NCBI GenBank assembly: GCA_051294905.1
Contig: CM119373.1
Coordinates: forward strand, 3,908,001-3,972,000
DNA from: Botryllus schlosseri
Lineage: Eukaryota
Direction of reading: 5' to 3'
DNA: 64,000 nucleotides
The notes under the pieces are model-generated. The model was not told where the DNA came from, ran no database searches, and saw only the letters and a program-made list of their open reading frames with translations. Of the stretch, positions 50,496-63,076 are shown in pieces; positions within the stretch are counted from its first letter, which is position 1, and every line of letters starts with the position of its first letter. Made by a program: the position numbers and the translations under genes.

Positions 50496-52919
50496 GTTTC
50501 TATGTGTCGCCGTCTTGAAAAGCCCAGAAGAAGAGGGAGCCAAACTCTGGAAAGATGGCAGCTAAAGACCAGAAGAAACGAAGCAATACCGCAAAAGACA
50601 TTGTGTTAATGCAATTAATCTGCTGGGCGCAAATAAGCATATAGGCGATAAGCGCCAATGTTGTGAATAAACAAACAAACACACAAACATCAAAGGGGCA
50701 GCACAATGTATATGGCGGTTGCCATACCGACCGGCTTAGATATCTAAATAAGTTACGCAACGCAAGCTACGACCTTTTGATATGTTACTATTCCTCATAC
50801 CAGTTTAATAGTTTGCTGCATCCGTTGTTGTACCAAGTCACGGCATTCCGAGTCACAAAGTCCTCTGATTGTAACGTCTGACGCGACGAGTACGAGTACG
50901 AGTAATTCTACAGAAGGTCGCGCCCAAATCACAATTTTCAGTCACGATTCATCAACGGGTCATGTTTTACCATCATAAACAAGTAATGTCACGTAATAGG
51001 TGATCTTCCAATGCGTGGTAACTTTTGGAAGTGATGTAATAGTGAAGTTTGGTGAGTAGTTTCAGGCTTCCAGAGTAGTTTTAGAGCGAATTTATAGTTC
51101 TCAAATTAAAAAAGAAAATTGGTAGTAAAATGTTGTCGAATACTTCGAAATCCAAAATGCCGTCGCGGGCCGCACAAAATGGTCTCGCGGGCCGCATGCG
51201 GCCCGCGGGCCGCGTGTTTGAGACCTCTGGGTTAGGGGATATTAGGGTTAGGTTAGGGGTAATATTAGGGCTAGGTTAGGGGTAATATTAGGGTTGGGGA
51301 ACGGGGAAATTAGGGTTGGGTTAGTGGTGATATTAGGGTTGGGCTAGTGAATATTAGGATCGGCGGAGCTTTGGCCAACCCTAATATCCCTCTCACCCAA
51401 CCTTAATATTACCCCTAACCTAACCCTAATACCCTGCCCCCCTCCGCCAATCCTAATATGACCCCTAACCTAACCCTAATATCCCCCCTCCGCCAACCCT
51501 AATATTGCCCCTAACCTAACCCTAATATCCCCTAACCCAACCCTAATATTACCCCTAACCTACCACCCCCCCTCCGCCAACCCTAATATTACCCCTAACC
51601 TAACCCAACCCTAATATTACCCCTAACCCCACCCTAATATCCCCGTCCCCTAACCTAACATCCCCCCTCCGCCAACCCTAATATCCCTCCTCCGCCAACC
51701 CTAATATCCTTCTACCCCAAACCTAATATTACCCCTATCCCAACCCTAAAATCCCCCAACCCTAATATCCCCCTAACCCAACCCTAATATCCCCGTCCCC
51801 CAACCCTAATATCCCCCTCCCTCCAACCCTAACACCCCCACGCCAACCCTAATATCCCCCTTGCTAACCCTAACATCCCCGTACCGCAATACCCCCCCCC
51901 CCCCCAACCCTAACATCAGTCTCTCCACAGGCAAAAAAGCAGTTTATTTTGACGTGTTCATGGGAAGCATTTGTTGTTTTAATGTGAAACACTGATCGGT
52001 AAAGGTCATGGGGATCACTCCTCGCGGTGGCCGTATTCTACACTTGACCCCAATGTTCCCTGTAAGCTGCTCAAGTGTGCAATTGCGACATGCTGACACC
52101 GTATCTGGGCACAGAAAATTTAAGCTGCGCACAAAACATCAAAGTGATGACCTTTTTTTAGTCGCTACGCACTGTTGTCCAAGTTGAGTGCGTGCAGACT
52201 CTTGAAAAATTGGAGGGAACATTGGTTGCAGCTACTTTGAGTTGGTTGCATCGCATCAATCGCTGTAAACGCAAATACGTCCTAAAATGCAAGTAGCCTA
52301 CTTTCATATTTTTTGTCGCGCATATAAAAATTTGGACAAATAGAAATGAGAACACACCAGTTATTCTCTGCGATTAACCGACTGATTGACAAAACGGCTC
52401 ATTCTCATAATTCATTCAGCTAAGTCCTAAACGGCATCCTAACCAAACCAAAAATGGCATAAACAGTGGTGTGTGATCTAAGTGGTTTTTGGCCGCCATG
52501 TTTTGATCGGCGTCGCAGATATCGCAAATGTATGATTTCAAACTGCCGAACATCCCAATTATAGGTACAATTTATCTATCTATGATGCACTATAAACACT
52601 GTTTCGTTAATTAGCCTGTTATGCGCAGAGAACACCTAGTGTGTTATCGCACTGGTGTCTCATTCACATTAGAACTATGTTATAATATTGTCAGTTCCGA
52701 TGAAATTTATGACCCACAAAGAGCCGAATGGATTCATCTGCTACGTGCAAGGAAGTACGCATCTATATCGAATTCCGCAGTGATATGCGTAGGTAGGCTG
52801 CATTTGTATGATCAAAATTCGTGGATGCGCGATGATGCGAAATGCAAAAACTACTCGACGTACTCGGGTCACATTGAATTATATGTCGCAAAATACTCTG
52901 ACAATCATGGGGAACACAG

Positions 52920-55900
52920 CTCGACTTTGCCGAGACGCTTGTTGGCGTCACAGTCGAAAAGAGACTTTATTCGACTATTGTCTACGGGCGATACAATTGT
53001 TAGAAACAATGTAGATTCGGACATTGAGGGTTATTTTCGGGGGGTACCAGTGGCCGGACCAAATTTTAATTTATATTTTCGAAATCAATGTGACAGTAGC
53101 TTTCGATTGAGACCGGTTAAACAAAACTTTGAGCTCGAGTTGCCAGCGCTAAGATTACCACCTACTGCTTTCGATTTCAGAAACAGCAGCACTGATTTTT
53201 TTCGGAAGAGCAAGCAGATGCGTAAGAGCTGGCAAAATTGGTAAACTTCTTGACCGGAAAGTGAATTAAACTGTTCTACAAAAAGATTGTACCGCAGGTA
53301 TGAGGCTGAATATTTCTAATACTTCTGAGACTTATGGCTAGCAAAACATGATATACAATTGCAGTTTAAAGTTCATCCAACGCAGAAGCAACTTCCCACT
53401 TGGCAGACCGGACTGTCACAATATCACACTGAGACGATCGCAAAAGTGGATTTACATACTTTCGTAGTATTCCCTCGGTATGTCTAGAATTTTTAACCGG
53501 ACTGACTTTGATAATTATAATGATATCAAAAACTCAATCTCAAACCAAGTATCAATGTTTGATTCGTGGATGTGAAGCAATAACTGCAACTGCTGTACCC
53601 AGAATCCCTCAATAGGGTTCTTTAGAGTAATGAGGTATCTTCAGTAAATTGAGACTATATTTTCATGCTTTGCGGGGATAGTTATGTGCACTAGATTCAT
53701 TTTAATATTCTGAAAACAATGTGGTGGTCGAATATCCGCATTTTAGTTTCATGACCAAAAGTATTTAAGAACCCCTGTAGATACGATACCGCCATATTGT
53801 ATATTTTGACTCGCGTCAAGTCAGGTTAATCGATTTTCGAAGGTGACTCGAGTCAAATCACTCGATTTTTGTATGTGACTCGAGTTGAGTCAAAATTCAA
53901 GTCAAGGTGCCTTTTCGTCGTATGAGGCATGATTATGTCATTGCATTTTGCTAGCTGTCTGAAACAGATTGAGCGGTAATTGACTCTGAGCCAATGAACG
54001 AATATAGAGTTAAATATACGCGCAAGAAGACGCTGTATCGCTCACATATACGCAGAACTGTTAAACTGCGTAAGTAATTGCACAGCCTCTGTTTATAGAA
54101 CTTCTAGAACTGGTAACTTTACCAGCCAAAATAGAGAATAGAGAAATAAATTGATAAGATGCAATACATTACCCTTTTACGAACAGATATGATACACCAT
54201 GCGTTAGTACAACGACGAAGCCGTTTCTGCTAGTGCGGAATAGTGTTGTTGCACACAGGCGAATAACTTATTTTGAAAAAAAACAATAATTTGAAACTGA
54301 CATCAATTTCAGCATTCAACCGTCAGCCACGTGTTGCACATCTATCCGTAGATTAGTTATCAATATCTATATCTATAGCTACTGTTCGGTCAACTGGAAA
54401 GGTACACAGCACATTGCATTGAAATAGCAGTGACGTAACGTTAGCAGTCTTCTCACAACTTTTCTGCAATCCTAGTTAAAACTCCAGACTCAAAGCAAGA
54501 GGCTTGGATGCATGATTATGCATTTTTGTTTTACTTCTAATCCAATTCCTGGTTTTCCTGTAAAGGCGGCTGTAGGCCTATTGTGTGAAACAAGCCAAGC
54601 TTGCTGTACGGTACAGACATTTGCTATTCTCATGTCCTTAATAAGAATGGACCATGATTTGGAACTTGATGCGATGTCCGAGTTTTCTCGAATTTAGTCA
54701 TTTTAATCTAATTTGTATACAAACTGTAGCTATAATTCTAATTTAAATCTAATTTGCAGACAACTGCTGTGTAGCTATAATCCTTATTCTACTCTGATTC
54801 GGAAATATATCTAACTGTAATTCCAATCTAATGAGGAAAAGCTAAAATATTTCTAATTGTCCAAGTCTTTTTGTGAAGTCCTTGTCGGGTATGATCGTTG
54901 CACTTGAATAATTCTGTTTGTATATTATGATTTCAGATAGCTGGATTCAGCTCAGTTGGAGGCGACACAATTGGCCAATCTTTCAGATCCATCATGAAAA
55001 AGGTCGCTACTACCCGTGTGTGGAGCAGTTACAGCCGTGTTGGAAAATCTGGGAAGGAGGCTTTTAACAAGCTCGCGTTGTACAAGATCATATATAGTGA
55101 GCAACATTTATGTTTACCTTCGAACCTATCTATATGTGTTCAGTAGCCTACCTTACACCCCATGTAAATGTTGAGCTAGCTCAGTGGTTCTCGAACTTTT
55201 TTGACAAGCCACCTTGACAATAGCTAAAATTTTCGCCACCACCCCTTTATCGTCATATCAAAAATATTAAAACGAGCAGCCAGAATATTAGCGACCCCAA
55301 CACATTGTTTGGCGGCATGCAGGGTATTCTGGCTACACTATGTTACCAGCCTGAACTGTCGCTTCTACAGTAGGACTGCCGTGTCTGCGCAGCGTGTGCA
55401 AATGTTAAGTTATATTGGCATGAGACTGGCATAGGGAAACTCATTTCAAGGCCAAGAAACATCGAATATCTCGATGGGCATCGTGCCTGCCCTGTGATGC
55501 TTTCACACCTCTCAGTTTGAGAACCACTGAGGATTTACACTAAATATTAATACTTTTGTGATTTGTAAATAGTATCAGTAATGTTTGTGATATCGCTTCT
55601 TAAGGAGCTTGTAAAAGGATCCATGGTGGGGCTCTGACCGAAAAAACGTACATTCGTGTTGTCATGGAGGCGCTGCGCCACTTCCCTCATCAGAAAGGCG
55701 GATGTCAATGGAAGGTATGATTTCCATATGCATACTTGACATGGACTTCATTCATTCAAGTACGGCAGGCCCGCCGGCGATAAGTGGCCCGCGAGGCAAT
55801 TCTCGAAATTAGTTATAATATCAACAACAAATAAATTACCCAGGTAATTTATGTCTTTAACATTCAATGTTGTTGTTTCTCTGTAGGGTTCTATGGGGGC

Positions 55901-55955
55901 GAAAAAGGCAGAAAGCAGCGTCTTATCCTCGTCATCAGAAGACGAAGAAGACTAA
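52920..55955 (+). pseudogene. Spliced DUF4806-type (EnSpm/CACTA-associated) gene, disrupted in its first visible exon
   Basis: Exons ~52920-53240, 54937-55096 (IAGFSSVGGDTIGQSFRSIMKKVATTRVWSSYSRVGKSGKEAFNKLALYKIIY), 55605-55714 (RACKRIH..EALRHFPHQKGG) and 55887-55955 (..SSEDEED*). The last three are phase-consistent, but a frameshift and a TAA occur near 53200-53225. An EnSpm-like terminus GTTTGCTGGG ends at 56331. Confidence 0.65.
53807..54196 (-). mobile_element. Uninterrupted partial copy of the 14223/40575 MITE
   Basis: Reverse complement of ~40210-40510, joined within ~60 bp to the reverse complement of ~14670-14741. Confidence 0.8.
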
Positions 55956-58900
55956 TCAGTTGGCTTGATTATTTTTTCATTCGTTACGTTCTTGATTATT
56001 TTTTCATTCGTTACGTTCTGAATTATAAGTTCATCAAAGGCAATGTGTACTGTGATACGTGTATGTGTCCGCAGCCACCCTCAGGTATGCCTAAATATGG
56101 GAATACAGGGATGTTAGTATCTCAGGATGTTTTTCTGACCATCGATTGTACGTTCTAAAGCATTGTAGATACACAGTTTTATCAACGTTTTATTAACGAT
56201 CCCGATTTGCGTGAAGAACGCGTTAAATTGAGTCGACACAAAAACCGACTTTAAACTATCCTGCTAGTCTTCAATATGAACCAAATAAAAATGTTTTTTT
56301 AACCTCAATGGGCTGTTTCGTGTTTGCTGGGTACATACAATACAAATTAGGAATGCTAATAACCCCGGCCCGTAGTAAGAGGTGGTGGGTAACTACGTCA
56401 CCGTATTTTGAGATCCGAAAAAGAGGCCACTTTTCAAAAATTCTGAAAGCTCTAGTGCCGGAAAAGAAAACTCGTGATCTTGAAAAATTTTCGACAAATA
56501 GCACTGTGTTGATTAAAAAAATGAAATAAAGGTCATCACTTTGCCTTAACTCCCAAATTACCCACATTTTCACGATAACATGTGGTGTTTTGAATAAAAT
56601 AAAAAAGGGCATATTTCCCATCTCTACTCCCGAACTACCCGTCGCGCCGTATTTTTCGTTGTTTTCCTTGCCAACTCTGACATTCGCTGCATCAGAGTCG
56701 AGGTTTTGATCGCATTTTGATACTTTTTCTAGAAAAAGAGGACAACTTCCCCCAAAAAAGTGGACATTTAGGCGTCCTCCGTGGATGCTTTCAATTTATT
56801 GTAAGAAAAGCGCAAATCCTCTTAAAAAAAGGACATACAATATGGTAACCCTAGTGAGCAGCTGCAACACACAACTTGCAAAGACAAAAAAAATTGCGAC
56901 TAAACCAAGTCACAAGGTTCCGAGTCACAAGTCAATCTCAATTTTTAAGTTTTGACTCGAGTCAAGTCGAGTCATTTTCAATTCTCCATCGACTCAAGTC
57001 CGAGTCCAAGTCACTGAGTAGAGGGTCAAGTCCGAGTCCAAGTCATTGTTCAATTTGTTGTTCAATCCGGTTCAGCCCACTTTTCAAACTCACTTTCATA
57101 ATATCGTTATTATCCTCGGCCCTAACATTTTCTGGCCCTATTTTCCAAGTATCAGGACTGATAGACCTCATACCAATAATGAGGTGACTTACTATCCTCG
57201 GAATTACAATGAAATGTCTGTCGTGGACGTCCTAGTCTCGAGTCATATAAAGAGGTGGTCAAAGTAGTCAAGAAAGCTACTCAAGTAGAAGTAGCGACGA
57301 AAAAATCTACTCAAGTACGAGTAGAAGTACTTCTTCCATAAGCAACCTGAAACTACTTGAAGTAGAATTTACTGACTTTAAATCTACTCAAGTAAGTAGT
57401 TGTGGAAACGATCGTAATTCGTTCGCATGGATTGTCAAAAGGTGCAAATTGAGCTATGCGAAAGGTACCGAGCTTGATTCAAATTGATGCATACCAGGAA
57501 GTATCCAGTGTTCGACATCATGAGCGTTCGTCCGCATCATGGAATGAAAATGATAGTATTGATATGGAAATGCGATTCTAATCCTCTCGAACAGCACGTT
57601 TTAGAAAATATCATGGTATGGCGCACTCCCCCATATTATAGGGCCCGTAGTTTAGTCGAAGAGCAAGGATACGGTGTAAACACTTTGCGCGATTAGTTAA
57701 CGTTAATGGTGGATCGTAAAAATGCCATATTGTGTAGCTTTATTTTCGGAAATTAAAGGCGTTACTACACTTGCTTTTATATATACTTCAACATGTATGT
57801 TATCCAGAAAAAGAACTGATATTAATTAGAACTCAAAGTATATGATACTGGGAATTGAACGTGAAATATAAATAGGCCTACTACTTCTAAAAGAGGAAAA
57901 TATATTTCACGTCTTTAGTCAGTTTCGAAGGTGGTATGCTAAAACAGCTCTAAAACTGAAAAAAAAGTCAGAGTCCACTTTTCCACATTAGAACACGCCA
58001 TGAACTGTTGGATTACAATATGATAAGTATATGCTATATTGCGAAACATCAGTTTCAATGATGAGTCATATGTACTGTGATGAAATATTTCATATGGGCG
58101 AAGGACGACAATGCGGTGTGAATGGAACCGCGCCAACCCGCTACCGAAATTATATTCACCGATATATTCGTGAAATCATGTTACTCCGTATCCACAGCGC
58201 GAAGCGTGACGAAAATTCTGGGCTTTTCTCAACTTTTATAAAAATTAAATTTGATACTCCGTGAAAACAGCCCCGAAATTCCTCAGGCTATCTTCCTGAT
58301 TGGAGGATTAAACTACTTCTAATTGACAAACTGAAAATAGCGCAAAGAAAGTAGATCACAAAATATTACGAAGTAGAAGTAGCGAAAAACAGATCTACTT
58401 GAGTAAGTACCAGAAGTAGAGGAAAACTATTTGAGTACTTCGAAAAAGTAGAAGTACTTCGTTACTGACCACCTCTGGTCATAAAACACATTTGAAAAAT
58501 TAACTTGAGTCAAGTCGAGTCACCAAAAAATCGTGACTTGAGTCGAGTCATTACAATCCTGCTTCACACCGAATTTCGTGACTCAGACTCGAATATACTG
58601 AAAAGTGCAACTCTGGGTCCAAGGGCCCAAAACACCCCAGTTCGTGACTCTCAGACTCTACATTCCTGAATTGTTGATTCAGCAATTCTCTTCAAAAACC
58701 CGAATTGAATAAATGGCCACTTGGAAACTTTTATATTGGCAGTCGCATCATATTGAAGAAAGTCACAATACACTGAAAGATTGTCCGAAATCGCAATTAG
58801 TCAATGTCAACATTGGTAAGTGACCGCAAGTCCCGCATAATTTGCGATACTGTTGTTGTCATATTTATTATTAATAGCAGCGTGACAGGCCAGTGTTAGC

Positions 58901-59043
58901 TTGCCTGGCTTGTACTTATTAGACACACTGAAGAACATACCACAGATAGAATACATACAACATTAATCAAAAATAAATATTGCCAGTCTGCCCGGTTACG
59001 AACGGGCTGCAGGTATGGTCTATTAATCTTCCCGTCCTCGCTT

Positions 59044-59259
59044 TCACCAAAACAGAACACTGATACCCATCGCGATGCAGCTCAACGCCACATAAGGACT
59101 CAGTCTTTCTCCTATCCTCGCAAACTTCCAAAATATTCCCAAGATTCCTTGCTTGTTGCGGTCCAGCAGGCTTGGGGCCATCGCTCTGACGTACGCACAG
59201 GTGCATATGAGAAGCAGTATGACCGTTAGCATACTTTGAAAATTGAAAATCGCCACCAT
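59044..59259 (-). CDS. TMEM167A: Protein kish-A / TMEM167A, intronless CDS
   Basis: [71 protein letters not shown] closely matches the kish-A consensus. A TTTCAG acceptor lies ~25 nt upstream of the ATG. Confidence 0.95.
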   Translation of the reverse strand: MVAIFNFQSMLTVILLLICTCAYVRAMAPSLLDRNKQGILGIFWKFARIGERLSPYVALSCIAMGISVLFW

Positions 59260-61183
59260 CTTAAACGGTGTTATTGGTAATATCTGAAAGAGTACGACAA
59301 TATATTCTAGGTAAACGTGATGTCAGGGGCGCTGTACCAAACCATGTAAAACCAGTGCATACGCTGGTGAAGCTCAACTGATTCACTCTGTAAAAAGGAT
59401 ACAACGAGAACACTTGAACCTGATTTTGCATGTAGACCTACGATACATGGCGGAGTCGTAGCTAAGAAAGAGGTCAACAGTTACCGTATATCAACAAAGG
59501 GCTGAATAGTCCCGATACTCATACATAGCGGGAAAAAAATCAGGGGAACACTGAAAGACACACTCTGACCTGAAGAGTAGCCTACGCTCTACGGTACAGT
59601 GCAATGGTTCCCAACGCATGGCAAAGTCGAGTATTTGGATTTGAGTCGAGTATAATTCAACACGACGACAGCAGTATGTGTATGAACGATGTGGACAGTC
59701 AAAATATGCACCTTTTATCCTGCTAAAAAAGTATACAACGCCGGTTCATACATCATATATCTATCTACATCACATTAAAGATATATTGTTTCACTGCAGT
59801 TTGTAACAACCCTGTGGCATATTAACATCTGTGGCATGAGACGATACCGCATTTTGCTGTCCGAAACAGTCTAGGTATAGCCGTAATGGACCATGACAGT
59901 CGGTTACAGAACAGAATAATTAATCGGTCATAAACGTATTCTTTTTAGTAGCCAGTAGTGGTTCATTGCAGGGAGCAGCACAGACCAAGTAAGCCTACAG
60001 CCGTTTCAAAAATTTCAAAACTAACATTAACAGACAAGTATTGACAGGGTGAAGTTTACTTTTTTGCTAAAATTACTGTCAGTCAAGTGAGTCTTGAAAG
60101 TGACTCGAAGTTGTCTTCAACATAATGTCCTACCACTGGTGCGAACACAAGCGACGGGCACAGTCTACACCAGTGTTTGGGCATCATGGTGACAAATTCA
60201 ACTGTAGCTAGGTACTATGAAATTAGGGCATTAAAAATCCGACATTTCCAAAAGCCTGAATCAATACCTTTTTTGACAAGTCAAAATTGTAGCGTTAGGT
60301 CAAAAAATTGTTTAGAAAGTCAAAAATTTTTTGCAACTTGCATTTCGTTTGTATCGTAGACGTTTGCTCTGTCAATGAACCATAGGTTTGGTAAAGGCTA
60401 TGGATGATCTTATTATCATTTGATATTTTGCAGCTTGTAGCCTACTTTACAGGCCTACCGTTGTAAACGGCCCATTGTCTACTCATTGTGAATCATAAAC
60501 TATCAAATGAAACAAATACGTTGACATGGCGTTATGCTCAACGTACCGCAATATCCTAACTGAAGCAAGACTGCGTGGGCATAGATTCTTATGCATGATG
60601 AATAATTGTGATGTGGACAACATTGTCAGAATGAAGCAACACGGTTTGTCACCAGCAGTGTACGCACAACTTCAGTGTTGCCAGCCAACAACTGCTGCTG
60701 TTGAACGTCCTTTCTCCATTCTTGGCAAGCTACTTAGTAAGGACAGACACTTTCTACCAGAGAATCTAGGAAAGTCACTTTCGTTGCATTACAGAATATA
60801 TTAAATATTTCTACCATAATGTATCTACTGGAATTCTGCATAGGTCCAGATTTCGTTAAAATAAAGATTTTTCACATGAAACTTTGTCAGTTGTTACATC
60901 AAAAATGTTTTTTCAGACCAAACTACTTCAAAAGGACAGACAGTTCCAACCAGAAATGAAGATAAGTAGTACAATTCTAATGTTATGTTGGAAAACACCT
61001 ACGGTAATTTACATACACGAGGTCAAAATTAAGTTTTTCAAGGTAAAAACATCTCAAAATTTTGATTTTTCTAGTCAAAATCTAACGTTTCTTCTTATAA
61101 AAAAAAATCACCTTACTTATCAGTACATGGTGAATCTTGAAGTTTCTCCAGCAAACGATATTTGGTTACATCACATAATACTA

Positions 61184-61639
61184 AGAGGTGGTCAGTTACA
61201 CAGGGCTTCCACATTTACCAAGTGTTAAGTAGCTTTTGACTACGGTACATGTGCTACTCAGGTGCTTATGATTTGGAACTATGTGCAGGTGCACTCCCGC
61301 TTAACACCTTACAAGGCAAACTACTTGCATACTACACACTGTTTTTTTAAGGATAGAGTAGTTTTCGGATATGCTTGCATCACATTAGCCACAAAGATGA
61401 CCCCTGGAAATTACCAAAGCGACCCACGCCGAGCAACTGTTTCAGGCATGCAACTATGGAGCAAATCTACTCTTTGGAAATGCTTACTCAAGTACAATTC
61501 AGATCTTAAATTTCTACTTCTGCTTCATGTAGCTCTGACATGTCTTTGAAATTGCTACTGCTACTTGTGATAGAGTAGAAAATCACGGCGTTAATTCTGA
61601 TTCTACATGAGCAGCACGTTGATTTCTTGATCACCTCTG
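61184..61639. mobile_element. hAT-type MITE remnant abutting the NARS2 stop codon
   Basis: Ends AGAGGTGGTCA / TGATCACCTCTG with a TACT-rich interior, related to the 16731 family. Confidence 0.55.
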
Positions 61640-61654
61640 ATAACAGCCCATCAT

Positions 61655-63076
61655 TCAAAGCATGCAAAACTTGGGAGCTCTCGGAAAAGGCACCGCGTCC
61701 CGAATATTATTAATCCCAAGAACAAATTTAACCAAACGATCGAAACCCAAACCAAACCCGCCGTGCGGTACGCCACCGAACCGCCTAAGGTCACAGTACC
61801 ACTTGTACTGCTCGGTAAGACCCAGACCTTCCAGCTTCCCATGCAACACATCGTACCTATGTTCGCGCACAGTGCCGCCCGCCATTTCGCCGCATTTCGG
61901 AACCAGTAGATCAAAAGATGCGGAAGTTTCACCATCGTCGTTTGACAAGGCATAGAACGGCTTTATCAACGAGGGGAAATTTTGGACAAAAATAGGACTA
62001 TCGTTGTGGTATGTCGTTAAAAACCTCTCATGCTCATCATTTAAATCGTCACCCCATTTCATAGCACCAGTTTTGATTAACTTTAAATTAGAGTTGATTA
62101 TATCCACCGCTTCACTGTATTCAATACAGAGAAACGGTTCCACAGCGCACTTTTTCACAGTATCGTAATGAGACTGTGAACCGTCGCCTTCGTAGAATAC
62201 AGATAAATCATCCGCACATAATTTTAACGTCTGTGAGATTACATGTTTAACACTAGCTTCTAAGATAGATTTTAAGTCCTCCAAACATTTTGTAAACGCC
62301 AACTCGACTTCTAACATGTGAAATTCGCAAAGATGAGTCTTGGGACGGCTCTTTTCGGCGCGGAACGCCGGACTTAATGTGTACACATGACCCAGGCCCA
62401 TTGCGCAAGCTTCTAAATGTAACTGTCCAGAAACCGTCAAATTAGCGGATGATCCAAAAAACTGTTCGTTATCATTTCGGGAATTATCGCTGGATACGCT
62501 ATTCGGCGTGACAGCAAATAGTTCTCCAGCGCCTTCACAGTCGCTGGAAGTGATTGCTGGGGTGTGTACGTGCGTGAAATCCTTGCTTCGAAAGAATTCG
62601 TGTATGAGCATTTCAATCTTGCTTCTAACACGCAGCATCGACGCTACAGTCCTCTGTCGTGGTCGAAGATGCGGGTACTGTCGTACAAATTCGTTTGGAT
62701 AATTCCATTCGCTTGCAAAAGGGTATGAAGACGAATCGCACTCTGTATGGTGGATTAAATTCTCCCCGAGGAACTCAACTTCGGGCGTTTTTCCAATCCT
62801 AGGCACCAATTCTCCTTCTATTCCGATCGAGGCTCCATACGTAAAATTTGTGGAGAACTTTTCAGTCGGCAGAACAACTTGCAAGTTAGTCGCCGACGAG
62901 CCATCGTTGATATCCAAGAACGTGACTTTCTTGTGTTTACGTACAGACCTAATCCAGCCGTACACAAGGGCTTGTCTTTTTTCGCGGTAGTTGAATAAAT
63001 CCTTCACTGACGTTCTTGCGGAAACTATCGAAGAGTGGTGCCGCATAAAACGGCGTATCATCATACATATCGACAT
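61655..63076 (-). CDS. NARS2: Mitochondrial asparagine--tRNA ligase, intronless CDS (473 aa)
   Basis: Arg-rich N-terminal transit-like peptide; OB-fold (GWIRSVRK..FLDINDGSS); HLRPR; TPAITSSDCEGAGELF; LTVSGQLHLEA; motif 2 FRAE..HL.EF.MLEVE; motif 3 PHGGFGLGFDRL; C-terminal PFPR. Confidence 0.97.
   Translation of the reverse strand: MSICMMIRRFMRHHSSIVSARTSVKDLFNYREKRQALVYGWIRSVRKHKKVTFLDINDGSSATNLQVVLPTEKFSTNFTYGASIGIEGELVPRIGKTPEVEFLGENLIHHTECDSSSYPFASEWNYPNEFVRQYPHLRPRQRTVASMLRVRSKIEMLIHEFFRSKDFTHVHTPAITSSDCEGAGELFAVTPNSVSSDNSRNDNEQFFGSSANLTVSGQLHLEACAMGLGHVYTLSPAFRAEKSRPKTHLCEFHMLEVELAFTKCLEDLKSILEASVKHVISQTLKLCADDLSVFYEGDGSQSHYDTVKKCAVEPFLCIEYSEAVDIINSNLKLIKTGAMKWGDDLNDEHERFLTTYHNDSPIFVQNFPSLIKPFYALSNDDGETSASFDLLVPKCGEMAGGTVREHRYDVLHGKLEGLGLTEQYKWYCDLRRFGGVPHGGFGLGFDRLVKFVLGINNIRDAVPFPRAPKFCML

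Larger units (their letters stand above)
48125..51229. mobile_element. hAT (Charlie-like) element inserted in the telomere-like array
   Basis: TIR CAGAGGTCTCAAAC / GTTTGAGACCTCTG, perfect TSD GGTTAGGG. Confidence 0.88.
47809..52051. mobile_element. Foldback element with inverted arrays of telomere-like TTAGGG-variant repeats
   Basis: TIR GGGGTCAAGTGTAGAATACGGCCACC with ~150 bp of further inverted similarity. G-rich arrays at 47975-48124 and 51230-51360 face a C-rich array at 51375-51915. Confidence 0.8.

Noticed and set aside
47975..51915. Ancient telomere-telomere fusion site
   Set aside because: The units are 21-23-bp variants rather than pure TTAGGG, and they are enclosed by long non-telomeric TIRs. 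A foldback transposon explains this more simply.
44852..56853. Second giant element bounded by TAGGGTTACCA / TGGTAACCCTA
   Set aside because: The flanks (TCGTTTAT vs GTGAGCAG) do not match, and a separate left-end-like sequence exists at ~56390. These are probably two independent copies.
61662..62702. Plus-strand and alternate-frame ORFs overlapping NARS2
   Set aside because: These are shadow ORFs of the real CDS.
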